Shown here: positions 32,904-39,998 of the stretch, one piece after another | Layout of the letters: every line of letters begins with the position of its first letter | Numbering within the stretch: position 1 is the first letter of the stretch | Source of the DNA: a virus | Taxonomy: Duplodnaviria > Caudoviricetes | Strand: one strand, 5' to 3' | Length of the DNA stretch: 64,000 nt | IMG/VR virus record: IMGVR_UViG_3300021256_000062 | Coordinates: 64,001-128,000 of that record | Notes under the pieces: model-generated | What the model saw: the letters and a program-made list of their open reading frames with translations, nothing else | Databases searched by the model: none | Told to the model about the DNA's origin: nothing | Program-made: the position numbers and the translations under genes

Positions 32904-32930
32904 AAAAAAGACTAATATAAATTAGTCTTT
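32904..32930 (-). terminator. intrinsic terminator
   Basis: AAAGACTA/TAGTCTTT stem plus T run at the end of the RNA-island transcript. Confidence 0.6.
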
Positions 32931-33149
32931 ACCTAGTACCCTATGAGTACCTTTAAATACATTACCTATTTGTTCACATTGTAGTGTAATTACATCATCA
33001 CTAATAGTATGTTCTTTAAATAATTTAAATTCATTAAATCTATCAGATAATGATATCTTAATTTCAGTTAAATCGCATCCATCAAATTCAGCAACTAAAT
33101 CATTAACTAAATTTTGTAAATCTTGTAAATTATTAATCAATACTACCAC
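32922..33149 (-). CDS. hypothetical protein
   Basis: Overlaps the phosphoesterase stop. Confidence 0.55.
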   Translation of the reverse strand: MVVLINNLQDLQNLVNDLVAEFDGCDLTEIKISLSDRFNEFKLFKEHTISDDVITLQCEQIGNVFKGTHRVLGKD

Positions 33150-33738
33150 CCCTATTTAATTTCTTTTCAGTTGCTTTATCAATAGTTATTCTATGAATAT
33201 CTTCTACTGATTTAAAGTATCCATTCTTGAATAATGATAATAAATTTATTGGAGTATAGTTAATATGTTCTGCACATACATTTAAATGATTTTCTCCAAC
33301 AAACCAATTTGAATGGTCGTGTCCATGTATATTGAATATACAATTAGGTAAATTCAATGGTTCATGTGATAACATTACCTTTTCACTAATCATTAATGGT
33401 CCTTCATATATTTCATCAAATAAATGATTATCATAATTTTCATTAATTTCTCTTTTATATTTTGAACTACCTACATCATGATTACCTTTAATCAATACCT
33501 TATAACTAGCTCTTAATTTAGATACAAAAGATATATCTCCAACATCTCCTAAACAAATTAATGTTGATTTTTTACCACATACTGAATTAATTCTTTTAAT
33601 TTGTTCTTCATCAGATATATAATTCTTTCTTATATATTTCATATCTGGGTCATTAAAATGTGGGTCTGAAATTATATAAACATCATTAGAATTATTAAAC
33701 CATTTATCAAAACAATGATATAAAAATTTATTCTCCAT
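33133..33738 (-). CDS. calcineurin-like metallophosphoesterase
   Basis: SDPHF, LGDVG, KGNHD, SHEP and IHGHDH motifs; start set at MENKF after GAAAGGGTGA. Confidence 0.9.
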   Translation of the reverse strand: MENKFLYHCFDKWFNNSNDVYIISDPHFNDPDMKYIRKNYISDEEQIKRINSVCGKKSTLICLGDVGDISFVSKLRASYKVLIKGNHDVGSSKYKREINENYDNHLFDEIYEGPLMISEKVMLSHEPLNLPNCIFNIHGHDHSNWFVGENHLNVCAEHINYTPINLLSLFKNGYFKSVEDIHRITIDKATEKKLNRGGSID

Positions 33739-33765
33739 TAAAATCACCCTTTCATTATAAGTAAC

Positions 33766-33865
33766 AAGACAGTGTTCTTTGCTTGGGATTTGAACCCAAA
33801 ATTGATTTCTTGGAAGGAAATTGACTTACCGTTTGTCTAGCATTTAGAATTGCTGTAACTGTCTT
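33766..33865 (-). ncRNA. ACAGCAA-stem RNA copy 1, carrying a tRNA-Gly(TCC)-like D/anticodon/T core
   Basis: AAGACAG-TTACAGCAA-TTCT...ATTTC CTTCCAA GAAAT...TTGGG TTCAAAT CCCAA...AGAA-CA-CTGTCTT. Confidence 0.75.
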
Positions 33866-33875
33866 TAATTTTATT

Positions 33876-33949
33876 TGGCAGGGGCGGAGAGATTCGAACT
33901 CCCGTTGATGGTGTTGGAGACCATAGTCCTACCACTGAACGACACCCCT
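33876..33949 (-). tRNA. tRNA-Trp(CCA)
   Basis: Cloverleaf; loop CTCCAAC; encoded CCA. Confidence 0.92.
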
Positions 33950-33950
33950 A

Positions 33951-34330
33951 TGGTGGAGATGAGGGGAATTGAACCCCTGTATTGAAATCAGTCCATTTGA
34001 CTTTCTACATATTATCTTATTTATGTCCTCGTACAAATTACATCATCAGTAAATAAGCAAATTAGAAATGTAATTCAATTAGTTTCTATGGTCATTTCGA
34101 TTTCCTTTCGACTACTAATAAATGCAAAGTTCATCTACCCCTATATCGATTAACTACTAATTAGTATAGGTATCCTAATTTTCGTTTCCTAATTTATCTA
34201 ATTAGGCAAATGCATATGCTCTAGGAGCATTGTTTAAAGTTGCGGTTATTTAAACCTCGACGTTGATAACCCAGTCTACTGGATATGCTTATCATCTTTC
34301 ATAACTCCAAGCGAATCCATAAACATCCCC
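33951..34330 (-). ncRNA. ssrA: tmRNA, tag (A)TLNNAPRAYAFA*
   Basis: GGGGATG 5' end; T-arm and CATCTCCACCA 3' end; ATAACC-GCA resume site; tag ORF 34243-34202. Confidence 0.92.
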
Positions 34331-34343
34331 ATATTTAATTTAT

Positions 34344-34418
34344 TGGCGGGTCCTGAGAGATTCGAACTCCCCTATGGCAGCTTAACAGGCTGCTGCCCAA
34401 CCACTAGGCCAAGGACCC
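34344..34418 (-). tRNA. tRNA-Asn(GTT)
   Basis: Cloverleaf; loop CTGTTAA. Confidence 0.9.
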
Positions 34419-34835
34419 TTTTAATATATTATCAATTAAATAATCTTTTTCATACTTAATATTTGATTTTTGACCATTTTTTGGGTTATCATATCTAATA
34501 TTAAGTCCACTTGTAGGTGCATCATCAATACTGATTAATAAAATAACATCTCTTGTTACATTATAACAAGCGAAATAATCAATTTCAGTAGCATTATAAA
34601 TATGTCTAACACCTTTTGTACAATGAAGAGTTGATGATACTAAACTAAATTTCATAACTCCATTCTCAGCTTTAACTGATGTTTTAACTTGGATTTTATT
34701 TAATTTACCATTAAATTCTGCAATTAAGTCAGCCTTTTCATTATCACCGAAAGGTACATAAACAGGTATACCTAACTCCACAAATTTACATAATACTTTA
34801 GCCTCTCCAATATTCCCTATTGACTTACTATTCAT
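34404..34835 (-). CDS. free-standing PD-(D/E)XK homing-type endonuclease (I-Ssp6803I-like family)
   Basis: GNIGEAKV...PFGDNEKADLI...KIQVKTS...IDYFACY; start revised to MNSKS. Confidence 0.8.
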   Translation of the reverse strand: MNSKSIGNIGEAKVLCKFVELGIPVYVPFGDNEKADLIAEFNGKLNKIQVKTSVKAENGVMKFSLVSSTLHCTKGVRHIYNATEIDYFACYNVTRDVILLISIDDAPTSGLNIRYDNPKNGQKSNIKYEKDYLIDNILKGSLA

Positions 34836-34855
34836 AATGTTACTCCTAATTATAA

Positions 34856-34932
34856 TGGTTCCACCTAGCGGACTCGAACCGCTCATCTACCGCGTGAAAG
34901 GCGGGTGTCTTAACCAACTCGACTAAGGTGGA
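34856..34932 (-). tRNA. tRNA-Glu(TTC)
   Basis: Cloverleaf; loop CTTTCAC. Confidence 0.9.
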
Positions 34933-34970
34933 ATATACTGATTATCTTTTACAATAATCAAAAATATTAA

Positions 34971-35046
34971 TGGTGGACAGGCTTGGAATCGAACCAAGAT
35001 ATCTAGTTCTTCAGACTAGCGCACAGACCACATATGCCATCTGTCC
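34971..35046 (-). tRNA. tRNA-Phe(GAA)
   Basis: Cloverleaf; loop CTGAAGA. Confidence 0.88.
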
Positions 35047-35047
35047 A

Positions 35048-35124
35048 TGGTCTCCTAAATTGGATTTGAACCAATACTTTGTAAGGTTTGAGCTTACTAC
35101 CTCTTCCAATTGGGTTATTAGGAG
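35048..35124 (-). tRNA. tRNA-Leu(CAA), short variable loop
   Basis: GTAAG CTCAAAC CTTAC. Confidence 0.85.
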
Positions 35125-35130
35125 TTGTAA

Positions 35131-35206
35131 TGGAGGTCTCTCTCGGATTTGAACCGAGGTTCATGGTGTTGCAGACCATTGCCTTAATCCACTTGGCTAA
35201 GAGACC
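35131..35206 (-). tRNA. tRNA-Cys(GCA)
   Basis: Cloverleaf; U73. Confidence 0.92.
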
Positions 35207-35211
35207 TATAT

Positions 35212-35288
35212 TGGTGGACCCTACAGGACTTGAACCTGTGACAACTCGGTTATGAGCCGAGAGTTCTAACCAACTGAACTAAAGGTCC
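35212..35288 (-). tRNA. tRNA-Ile2(CAT), lysidine type (or elongator Met)
   Basis: GGACCTT acceptor and CGG CTCATAA CCG resemble Firmicutes Ile2. Confidence 0.8.
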
Positions 35289-35294
35289 ATTTAC

Positions 35295-35363
35295 TAGATA
35301 CATATTATAATCGGACAAATTTTCAGTTCGTAGATTTTAATAGTAATTTGCTGTTAGTATCTA
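35295..35363 (-). ncRNA. ACAGCAA-stem RNA copy 2, carrying a Phe(GAA) anticodon stem-loop
   Basis: TAGATAC-TAACAGCAA...ACGAA CTGAAAA TTTGT...GTATCTA. Confidence 0.7.
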
Positions 35364-35603
35364 AATGTTCCTAATATTCTTTTAATGATGTATGATAGAT
35401 TGCAACACAATTGATGATTTATTTTTGCAAGTCACTTTCTCTATCAATTACTGATACACAATCCTTCATCATACATCCTGCATATTTTTAAATAATTTTC
35501 TTCATTGTAGTTGTTCTTTTAAATATTTATAAATTATTTGCAGTTCGTGACTTAATGTGATTTTGTTTAAAATTGTTCACCAACAACTTTTCATTATTAA
35601 ATA

Positions 35604-35679
35604 TGGTGAGTCCGACGAGGTTCGAACTCGTGACCCCATGATTAAAAGTCATGTGCTCTACCAGCTGAGCTACGGACTC
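35604..35679 (-). tRNA. tRNA-Lys(TTT)
   Basis: Cloverleaf; CATGA CTTTTAA TCATG. Confidence 0.93.
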
Positions 35680-35683
35680 ATCT

Positions 35684-35760
35684 TGGCACACCGTAAGAGA
35701 TTCGAACTCCTAACTTATCGCTTAGAAGGCGATTACTCTAATCCGTTGAGTTAACGGTGT
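35684..35760 (-). tRNA. tRNA-Arg(TCT)
   Basis: Cloverleaf; loop CTTCTAA. Confidence 0.92.
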
Positions 35761-35771
35761 ATTCACATATT

Positions 35772-35800
35772 ATTATACAACATATTTATTTAATTGTCAA
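35772..35800 (-). promoter_or_regulatory. sigma70-type promoter for a tRNA block
   Basis: TTGACA-17-TATAAT. Confidence 0.85.
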
Positions 35801-35838
35801 GTAGGACTAATTTAATAGCCCTACTTTTATTATTACAA

Positions 35839-37062
35839 TTAAATTAAATAGTGAATATTCTTTCCATAACTTCTCTTAAATACTAAATATTTTATTCCTT
35901 TAGAGATTAGAATATTATTCTTACATCTATTGTAATTATCCTTATAAGTTGTTACAGCATTCTTATATTCATCTTCATTCTCAAAATCACATCTATCTGG
36001 TTGATAGATTGATTCTTTACGTAATTCACTTGAAACCAATTCATCATAGTCTATATGTAAATCATTAGAATTAATGATATTTAACATCAACTTTGTGTCA
36101 AACTGAATATCTTGTGTATTAAATCTTATATAGTAACCATCGTAATCATAACAAGCATCTTGTTCACTAAATATATCTAGTCTTAATTTTGAAGTTGTTG
36201 TTTGTGTACCATCATTTAATATTGCATAAACATTGTAATAAACAGGTTCAATATTCACAATATTTAAATCTTTAATGGCTTCTTCAAATGGTATTCCTTG
36301 AGATAATTCAAATGATATTGCTCTTAAACAATCATAGTTTATATCAACTTTATTTGCGAAATTAATTACTTTAGATATTTCACCATAATATTTAGGTTCT
36401 AATTTATCTTCCATATATTCTCTAATTTCATCAGCTGTAGGATAATCAAATCTAAAATGATAATGAAATCTACCAGGTCTATTGATTAAGAAATCATTTA
36501 AACCATTTAAATCATTACATGTTACTACAAATAATTTCTTACTATTTGCAAGACCATCAAATAAAGTTAATAATGTAGTTTGGGAACTTGATGATGAGCC
36601 ATCTCTATCTTCATCTGTAAATTTCAAATTACCTCTACCACTTTGAGCTTGTGCAAAAGTTTTATCAAATTCATCAAATAAAACTACACACTCTTGTTCA
36701 ATTTCAGTTAGGTAATCAGCTATACCTGGGATATACTTATTAACAACTATAACAGGTAAGTTTTCCTCTAAAGATTTTTTTGCAATTAATTTTGCACAAA
36801 TTGATTTTCCTATTCCCTTATCTCCTGATAAAATAACACCAAGATTTCTGTTCATAAGTTTATAGGCATTTAATACCTTATTTACTTTAGATAAATGTGG
36901 ACCATAAATCTTTTCATTAACATCAATCATTGGATAAAGTTGTAAGAAAAATCCAGATAATGGAGAGAATTCTACAGTATAACACTTATTAGGTAATACA
37001 TCATAAGTTCTCAAATCATCATCATAAATTCTGTAAATATTTCCTGTATTTACAATTTTCAA
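35839..37062 (-). CDS. AAA+ ATPase
   Basis: Walker A GDKGIGKS, Walker B LFDEFDK, SRH INRPGRF. Confidence 0.9.
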   Translation of the reverse strand: MKIVNTGNIYRIYDDDLRTYDVLPNKCYTVEFSPLSGFFLQLYPMIDVNEKIYGPHLSKVNKVLNAYKLMNRNLGVILSGDKGIGKSICAKLIAKKSLEENLPVIVVNKYIPGIADYLTEIEQECVVLFDEFDKTFAQAQSGRGNLKFTDEDRDGSSSSSQTTLLTLFDGLANSKKLFVVTCNDLNGLNDFLINRPGRFHYHFRFDYPTADEIREYMEDKLEPKYYGEISKVINFANKVDINYDCLRAISFELSQGIPFEEAIKDLNIVNIEPVYYNVYAILNDGTQTTTSKLRLDIFSEQDACYDYDGYYIRFNTQDIQFDTKLMLNIINSNDLHIDYDELVSSELRKESIYQPDRCDFENEDEYKNAVTTYKDNYNRCKNNILISKGIKYLVFKRSYGKNIHYLI

Positions 37063-37085
37063 TTAAATCACCCTTTCATTTTTTA

Positions 37086-37162
37086 TGGTGCCATCTCTGG
37101 GATTCGAACCCAGACTTAAGGGCTTTTAAGACCCTTGCCTCTGCCAATTGGGCTAAGGTGGC
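37086..37162 (-). tRNA. tRNA-Leu(TAA), short variable loop
   Basis: AGGGT CTTAAAA GCCCT. Confidence 0.85.
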
Positions 37163-37168
37163 ATTTAT

Positions 37169-37245
37169 TGGTTCGCCAAAGTGGATTTGAACCACTGACC
37201 TCTCGATTATCGGTCGAGTGCTCTAACCAACTGAGCTACTGGCGA
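37169..37245 (-). tRNA. tRNA-Ile(GAT)
   Basis: Cloverleaf; loop CCGATAA (C33). Confidence 0.88.
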
Positions 37246-37248
37246 ATA

Positions 37249-37377
37249 TGGTACCCACAAAAGGACTTGCACCTAATACTGTATTGCGTTCATCTCGGTG
37301 GCCATCTCCAAGATTCATCCTCATCTCCTTATTTCAGTTTGCAACCATCCATAAATCAATGTGACTATAACGTGAGC
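37249..37377 (-). ncRNA. 129-nt tRNA-like RNA (acceptor stem, T-like arm and CCA; non-tRNA interior)
   Basis: GCTCACG.../TGTGGGT-A-CCA; AGG TGCAAGT CCT; internal ATCTTGG/CCGAGAT hairpin. Confidence 0.55.
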
Positions 37378-37391
37378 ATATATAAGTTTAA

Positions 37392-37481
37392 TGGCGGTGC
37401 GTGTAGGATTTGAACCTACGGGTGGAGAACCACCGCCGGTTTTCAAGACCGGTGCAATAAACCAGACTCTGCCAACGCACC
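37392..37481 (-). tRNA. tRNA-Ser(TGA)
   Basis: Long variable arm; loop CTTGAAA. Confidence 0.92.
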
Positions 37482-37488
37482 ATCTATT

Positions 37489-37564
37489 TGGCGACCCCAG
37501 TGAGACTTGAACTCACGACACCGGCGTGACAGGCCAGCATTATAACCAGCTTAACTATGAGGCC
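37489..37564 (-). tRNA. tRNA-Asp(GTC)
   Basis: Cloverleaf; loop CTGTCAC. Confidence 0.92.
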
Positions 37565-37620
37565 AAAAATAACTTGGTATCTTCCTAACCATGGCTTGTG
37601 TAGATACCAGAACCGTAACC

Positions 37621-37729
37621 TGGTGGATGAAGACAAGAATTTCACTTGCAAAGACCTTTAATTAACTAGTATACTGTATCAGTCACCATTGTTACAGAAT
37701 GGCTACTTTTTATAATTGTATATTCATCC
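37621..37729 (-). ncRNA. oversized atypical tRNA-Tyr(GTA)-like RNA
   Basis: GGATGAA/TTCATCC-A-CCA; CCATT CTGTAAC AATGG; ~35-nt variable region; T loop TGAAATT. Confidence 0.6.
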
Positions 37730-37750
37730 ATTTACTAAATATTAAATTAA

Positions 37751-37827
37751 TGGTCGGAGTAGCAGGATTCGAACCTGCGACGTCTAGTTCCCAAAACTAG
37801 TGACCTAACCAGCTGGCCTATACCCCG
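37751..37827 (-). tRNA. tRNA-Pro(TGG)
   Basis: Cloverleaf; loop TTTGGGA. Confidence 0.92.
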
Positions 37828-38036
37828 ATATTATAAAGATTTCCCTGTTTTATATCTCTATCAATCCCAATGACTCATACTACATTTTCCGAAATTTTAT
37901 AAACACTCTCATCTAAACTACTACCAATGCTTAATGGTTCAGTTGTAACGTACTCTCAACGTTATATTACCAACTATATCTGTCTTTATCTTTTTCAACC
38001 CATATTTTACAGCCAGGACTATAGCTATTTAATTAT

Positions 38037-38122
38037 TGGTGGTTGGGGTAGGATTCGAACCTACGTACCGATTAAGGAACAGATTTACAGTCTGTCGCGT
38101 TTAACCACTTCGCTACCCAACC
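38037..38122 (-). tRNA. tRNA-Tyr(GTA)
   Basis: Long variable arm; loop CTGTAAA. Confidence 0.92.
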
Positions 38123-38135
38123 ATATTATTTATTT

Positions 38136-38212
38136 TGGTGTGATGTGGGAGATTTGAACTCCCGACCCCTTGAGCCACAATCAAGTGTTCTACCAACTGA
38201 ACTAACACCACC
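38136..38212 (-). tRNA. tRNA-His(GTG)
   Basis: Loop TTGTGGC; encoded G-1; A73. Confidence 0.88.
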
Positions 38213-38217
38213 ATGTA

Positions 38218-38293
38218 TGGTGCAGTATACAGGACTTGAACCTATAACCTTTAGTTTGTAAGACTAACACTCTCCCAATTGAGTTAATACTGC
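38218..38293 (-). tRNA. tRNA-Val(TAC)
   Basis: Cloverleaf; loop CTTACAA. Confidence 0.92.
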
Positions 38294-38297
38294 ATAT

Positions 38298-38372
38298 TGG
38301 CAGGACCGGAAGGAATCGAACCTTCATAATTCGGGTCAAAGCCGAATGCACTAACCGTTGTGCTACAGTCCT
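38298..38372 (-). tRNA. tRNA-Gln(TTG)
   Basis: Cloverleaf; loop CTTTGAC. Confidence 0.92.
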
Positions 38373-38379
38373 ATAACTA

Positions 38380-38470
38380 TGGCGGTTGCTGAGGGACTTG
38401 AACCCCCGCGGGCTTTCACACCCCTATCGCGTTAGCAATGCGACCTCTTCACCAACTTGAGTAAGCAACC
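38380..38470 (-). tRNA. tRNA-Ser(GCT)
   Basis: Long variable arm; loop TTGCTAA. Confidence 0.92.
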
Positions 38471-38479
38471 ATCAAATAT

Positions 38480-38508
38480 ATTATACAATTATTTGTTTTA
38501 AATGTCAA
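38480..38508 (-). promoter_or_regulatory. sigma70-type promoter for a tRNA block
   Basis: TTGACA-17-TATAAT. Confidence 0.85.
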
Positions 38509-38529
38509 CTTTTTTATATTATTTTTTTT

Positions 38530-38605
38530 TGGCACATCCAGATGGATTCGAACCATCAATACCAGGTTCGTAGCCTGGTGGTTTAATCCATTAGCCTATG
38601 GATGT
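38530..38605 (-). tRNA. tRNA-Arg(ACG)
   Basis: CCAGG CTACGAA CCTGG. Confidence 0.9.
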
Positions 38606-38609
38606 ATAG

Positions 38610-38684
38610 TGGTACCACCTACCAGACTTGAACTGATATTATTCGGGTATGAACCGAACTTCCTAACCATTGAAAGAAAGTGGC
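38610..38684 (-). tRNA. tRNA-Met(CAT), elongator (divergent)
   Basis: TTCGG TTCATAC CCGAA. Confidence 0.8.
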
Positions 38685-38741
38685 ATAAAAAATATCAGTT
38701 TTCTTTTTAATTAGTCCTCTAAAACTGATAAAACCTGAACT

Positions 38742-38818
<77 letters not shown>

Positions 38819-38826
38819 ATATAAGT

Positions 38827-38904
38827 AATCAAACTCAATTGTGGAGGTGATTTAAGGTGAATGTTTTTTGGAGGAAAAAAATATTATTTCAATTGAGTTT
38901 GATT
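38827..38904 (-). ncRNA. hairpin RNA with three anti-Shine-Dalgarno motifs in its loop
   Basis: Perfect 15-bp stem AATCAAACTCAATTG/CAATTGAGTTTGATT; loop contains CCTCC, TCACCT and TCACCTCC. Confidence 0.55.
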
Positions 38905-38979
38905 TGGAGCGGATGATGGGAATCGAACCCACATATCCAGCTTGGAAGGCTGGAGTTCTAACCATTGAACTACATCCGC
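38905..38979 (-). tRNA. tRNA-Gly(TCC)
   Basis: Cloverleaf; loop CTTCCAA. Confidence 0.93.
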
Positions 38980-39018
38980 ATTTGAAGGTTTCAAGTCTTA
39001 TTATACCTACAACTTATT

Positions 39019-39095
39019 TGGTGGGGATGGAGGGAGTCGAACCCACACTGTCTAGTTTCTAAAACTAGTTCCTCTGCCAATTGGGATACATCCCC
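39019..39095 (-). tRNA. tRNA-Leu(TAG), short variable loop
   Basis: CTAGT TTTAGAA ACTAG. Confidence 0.85.
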
Positions 39096-39102
39096 AAAAT
39101 AC

Positions 39103-39219
39103 AAGACTCATTTATCATGGGTTTTGCAGGACTTGAACCTGCTACTTTCAAATTAGAAGTTTGACGCTCTACCAAATGAGCTAAAAATCCTAGAATGGAG
39201 TATTTGCAGTATGAGTCTT
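39103..39219 (-). ncRNA. ACAGCAA-stem RNA copy 3, enclosing a complete tRNA-Arg(TCT)-like cloverleaf (39118-39190)
   Basis: AAGACTC-ATACTGCAA...[GGATTTT...TCAAA CTTCTAA TTTGA...GCAGG TTCAAGT CCTGC AAAACCC]...GAGTCTT. Confidence 0.75.
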
Positions 39220-39295
<76 letters not shown>

Positions 39296-39448
39296 ATTTT
39301 AAGTGTTGATTTTCCTAGGTTCAACACTAGCTTATAAGCTATCCCACCCATCGGAAGGAGATAAGTCACCACTTTATCTTTCTTTCATTTATCAGATGAA
39401 CGCTTTATATCTATTATAACTGTTCTATAGTAACAGATATAAACTATA

Positions 39449-39524
39449 TGGTGGAGCTAGTCGGGTTCGAACCGACGACTTTCAACTTGCAAAGCTGACA
39501 CTCTCCCAACTGAGTTATAGCCCC
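39449..39524 (-). tRNA. tRNA-Ala(TGC)
   Basis: GGGGCTA acceptor with G3:U70; loop TTTGCAA. Confidence 0.93.
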
Positions 39525-39611
39525 AAACATGTCCAAGCTTAAAGTACGAGGACAGAATCCTACTAGAAGATAACTTAATATATTATACAATAATTGTTTT
39601 TAATTTTATAC

Positions 39612-39675
39612 AAGACTCTATTTTGGGTATTATGATTAAAAGTCATAGCCTAAAATAAATTGCGGTATAAGTCTT
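39612..39675 (-). ncRNA. ACAGCAA-stem RNA copy 4, carrying a Lys(TTT) anticodon stem-loop only
   Basis: AAGACTT-ATACCGCAA-TTTATTTTAGGC-TATGA CTTTTAA TCATA-ATACCCAAAATA-GAGTCTT. Confidence 0.75.
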
Positions 39676-39709
39676 TTTAAATTGTTCTTTATATTATTTT
39701 AAATGATTC

Positions 39710-39815
39710 AAGACACTTCTTTTTGCGTATACCATTTCGCCACTTAGCACATGCTGCTGAGATAGGATTCGAACCTATAATAATCTAAAAGATTAAGGTT
39801 TGCTGTATGTGTCTT
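39710..39815 (-). ncRNA. ACAGCAA-stem RNA copy 5, circularly permuted tRNA-like (YrlA-like topology)
   Basis: AAGACAC-ATACAGCAA...T arm ATAGG TTCGAAT CCTAT, loop-closed acceptor CTCAGCA GCATG TGCTAAG, D arm GCG AAATGGTATA CGC...GTGTCTT. Confidence 0.78.
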
Positions 39816-39849
39816 TATATCAGTAAAATTATTTATTTTATAAGTAATC

Positions 39850-39989
39850 AAGACATTCTTGTTGATTTTAAGTGTGATACCATTACACCACTCCCCTATA
39901 TAATTAAATATATGGCAGGGGAGGAATGGATTCGAACCATCATCACTGGAGTTGCAGTCCCTATCATTTAGAATTGCAGTAAATGTCTT
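39850..39989 (-). ncRNA. ACAGCAA-stem RNA copy 6, circularly permuted tRNA-Cys(GCA)-like
   Basis: AAGACAT-TTACTGCAA...GGA CTGCAAC TCC, T arm, CTCCCCT-G-CCA, AT linker, AGGGGAG, D arm...ATGTCTT. Confidence 0.78.
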
Positions 39990-39998
39990 TATTTTATT

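Noticed and set aside
34836-34886. N-terminal extension of the endonuclease ORF in the track
   Set aside because: It lies within tRNA-Glu; an AGGAG RBS supports ATG 34835.
35364-35600. Possible small gene or ncRNA between copy 2 and tRNA-Lys
   Set aside because: Protein-like fragments are broken by stops in all frames and there is no clear structure; probably a decayed ORF.
37830-38035. Possible 6S RNA
   Set aside because: The size fits, but there is no convincing end-to-end pairing; it reads more like an interrupted ORF remnant.
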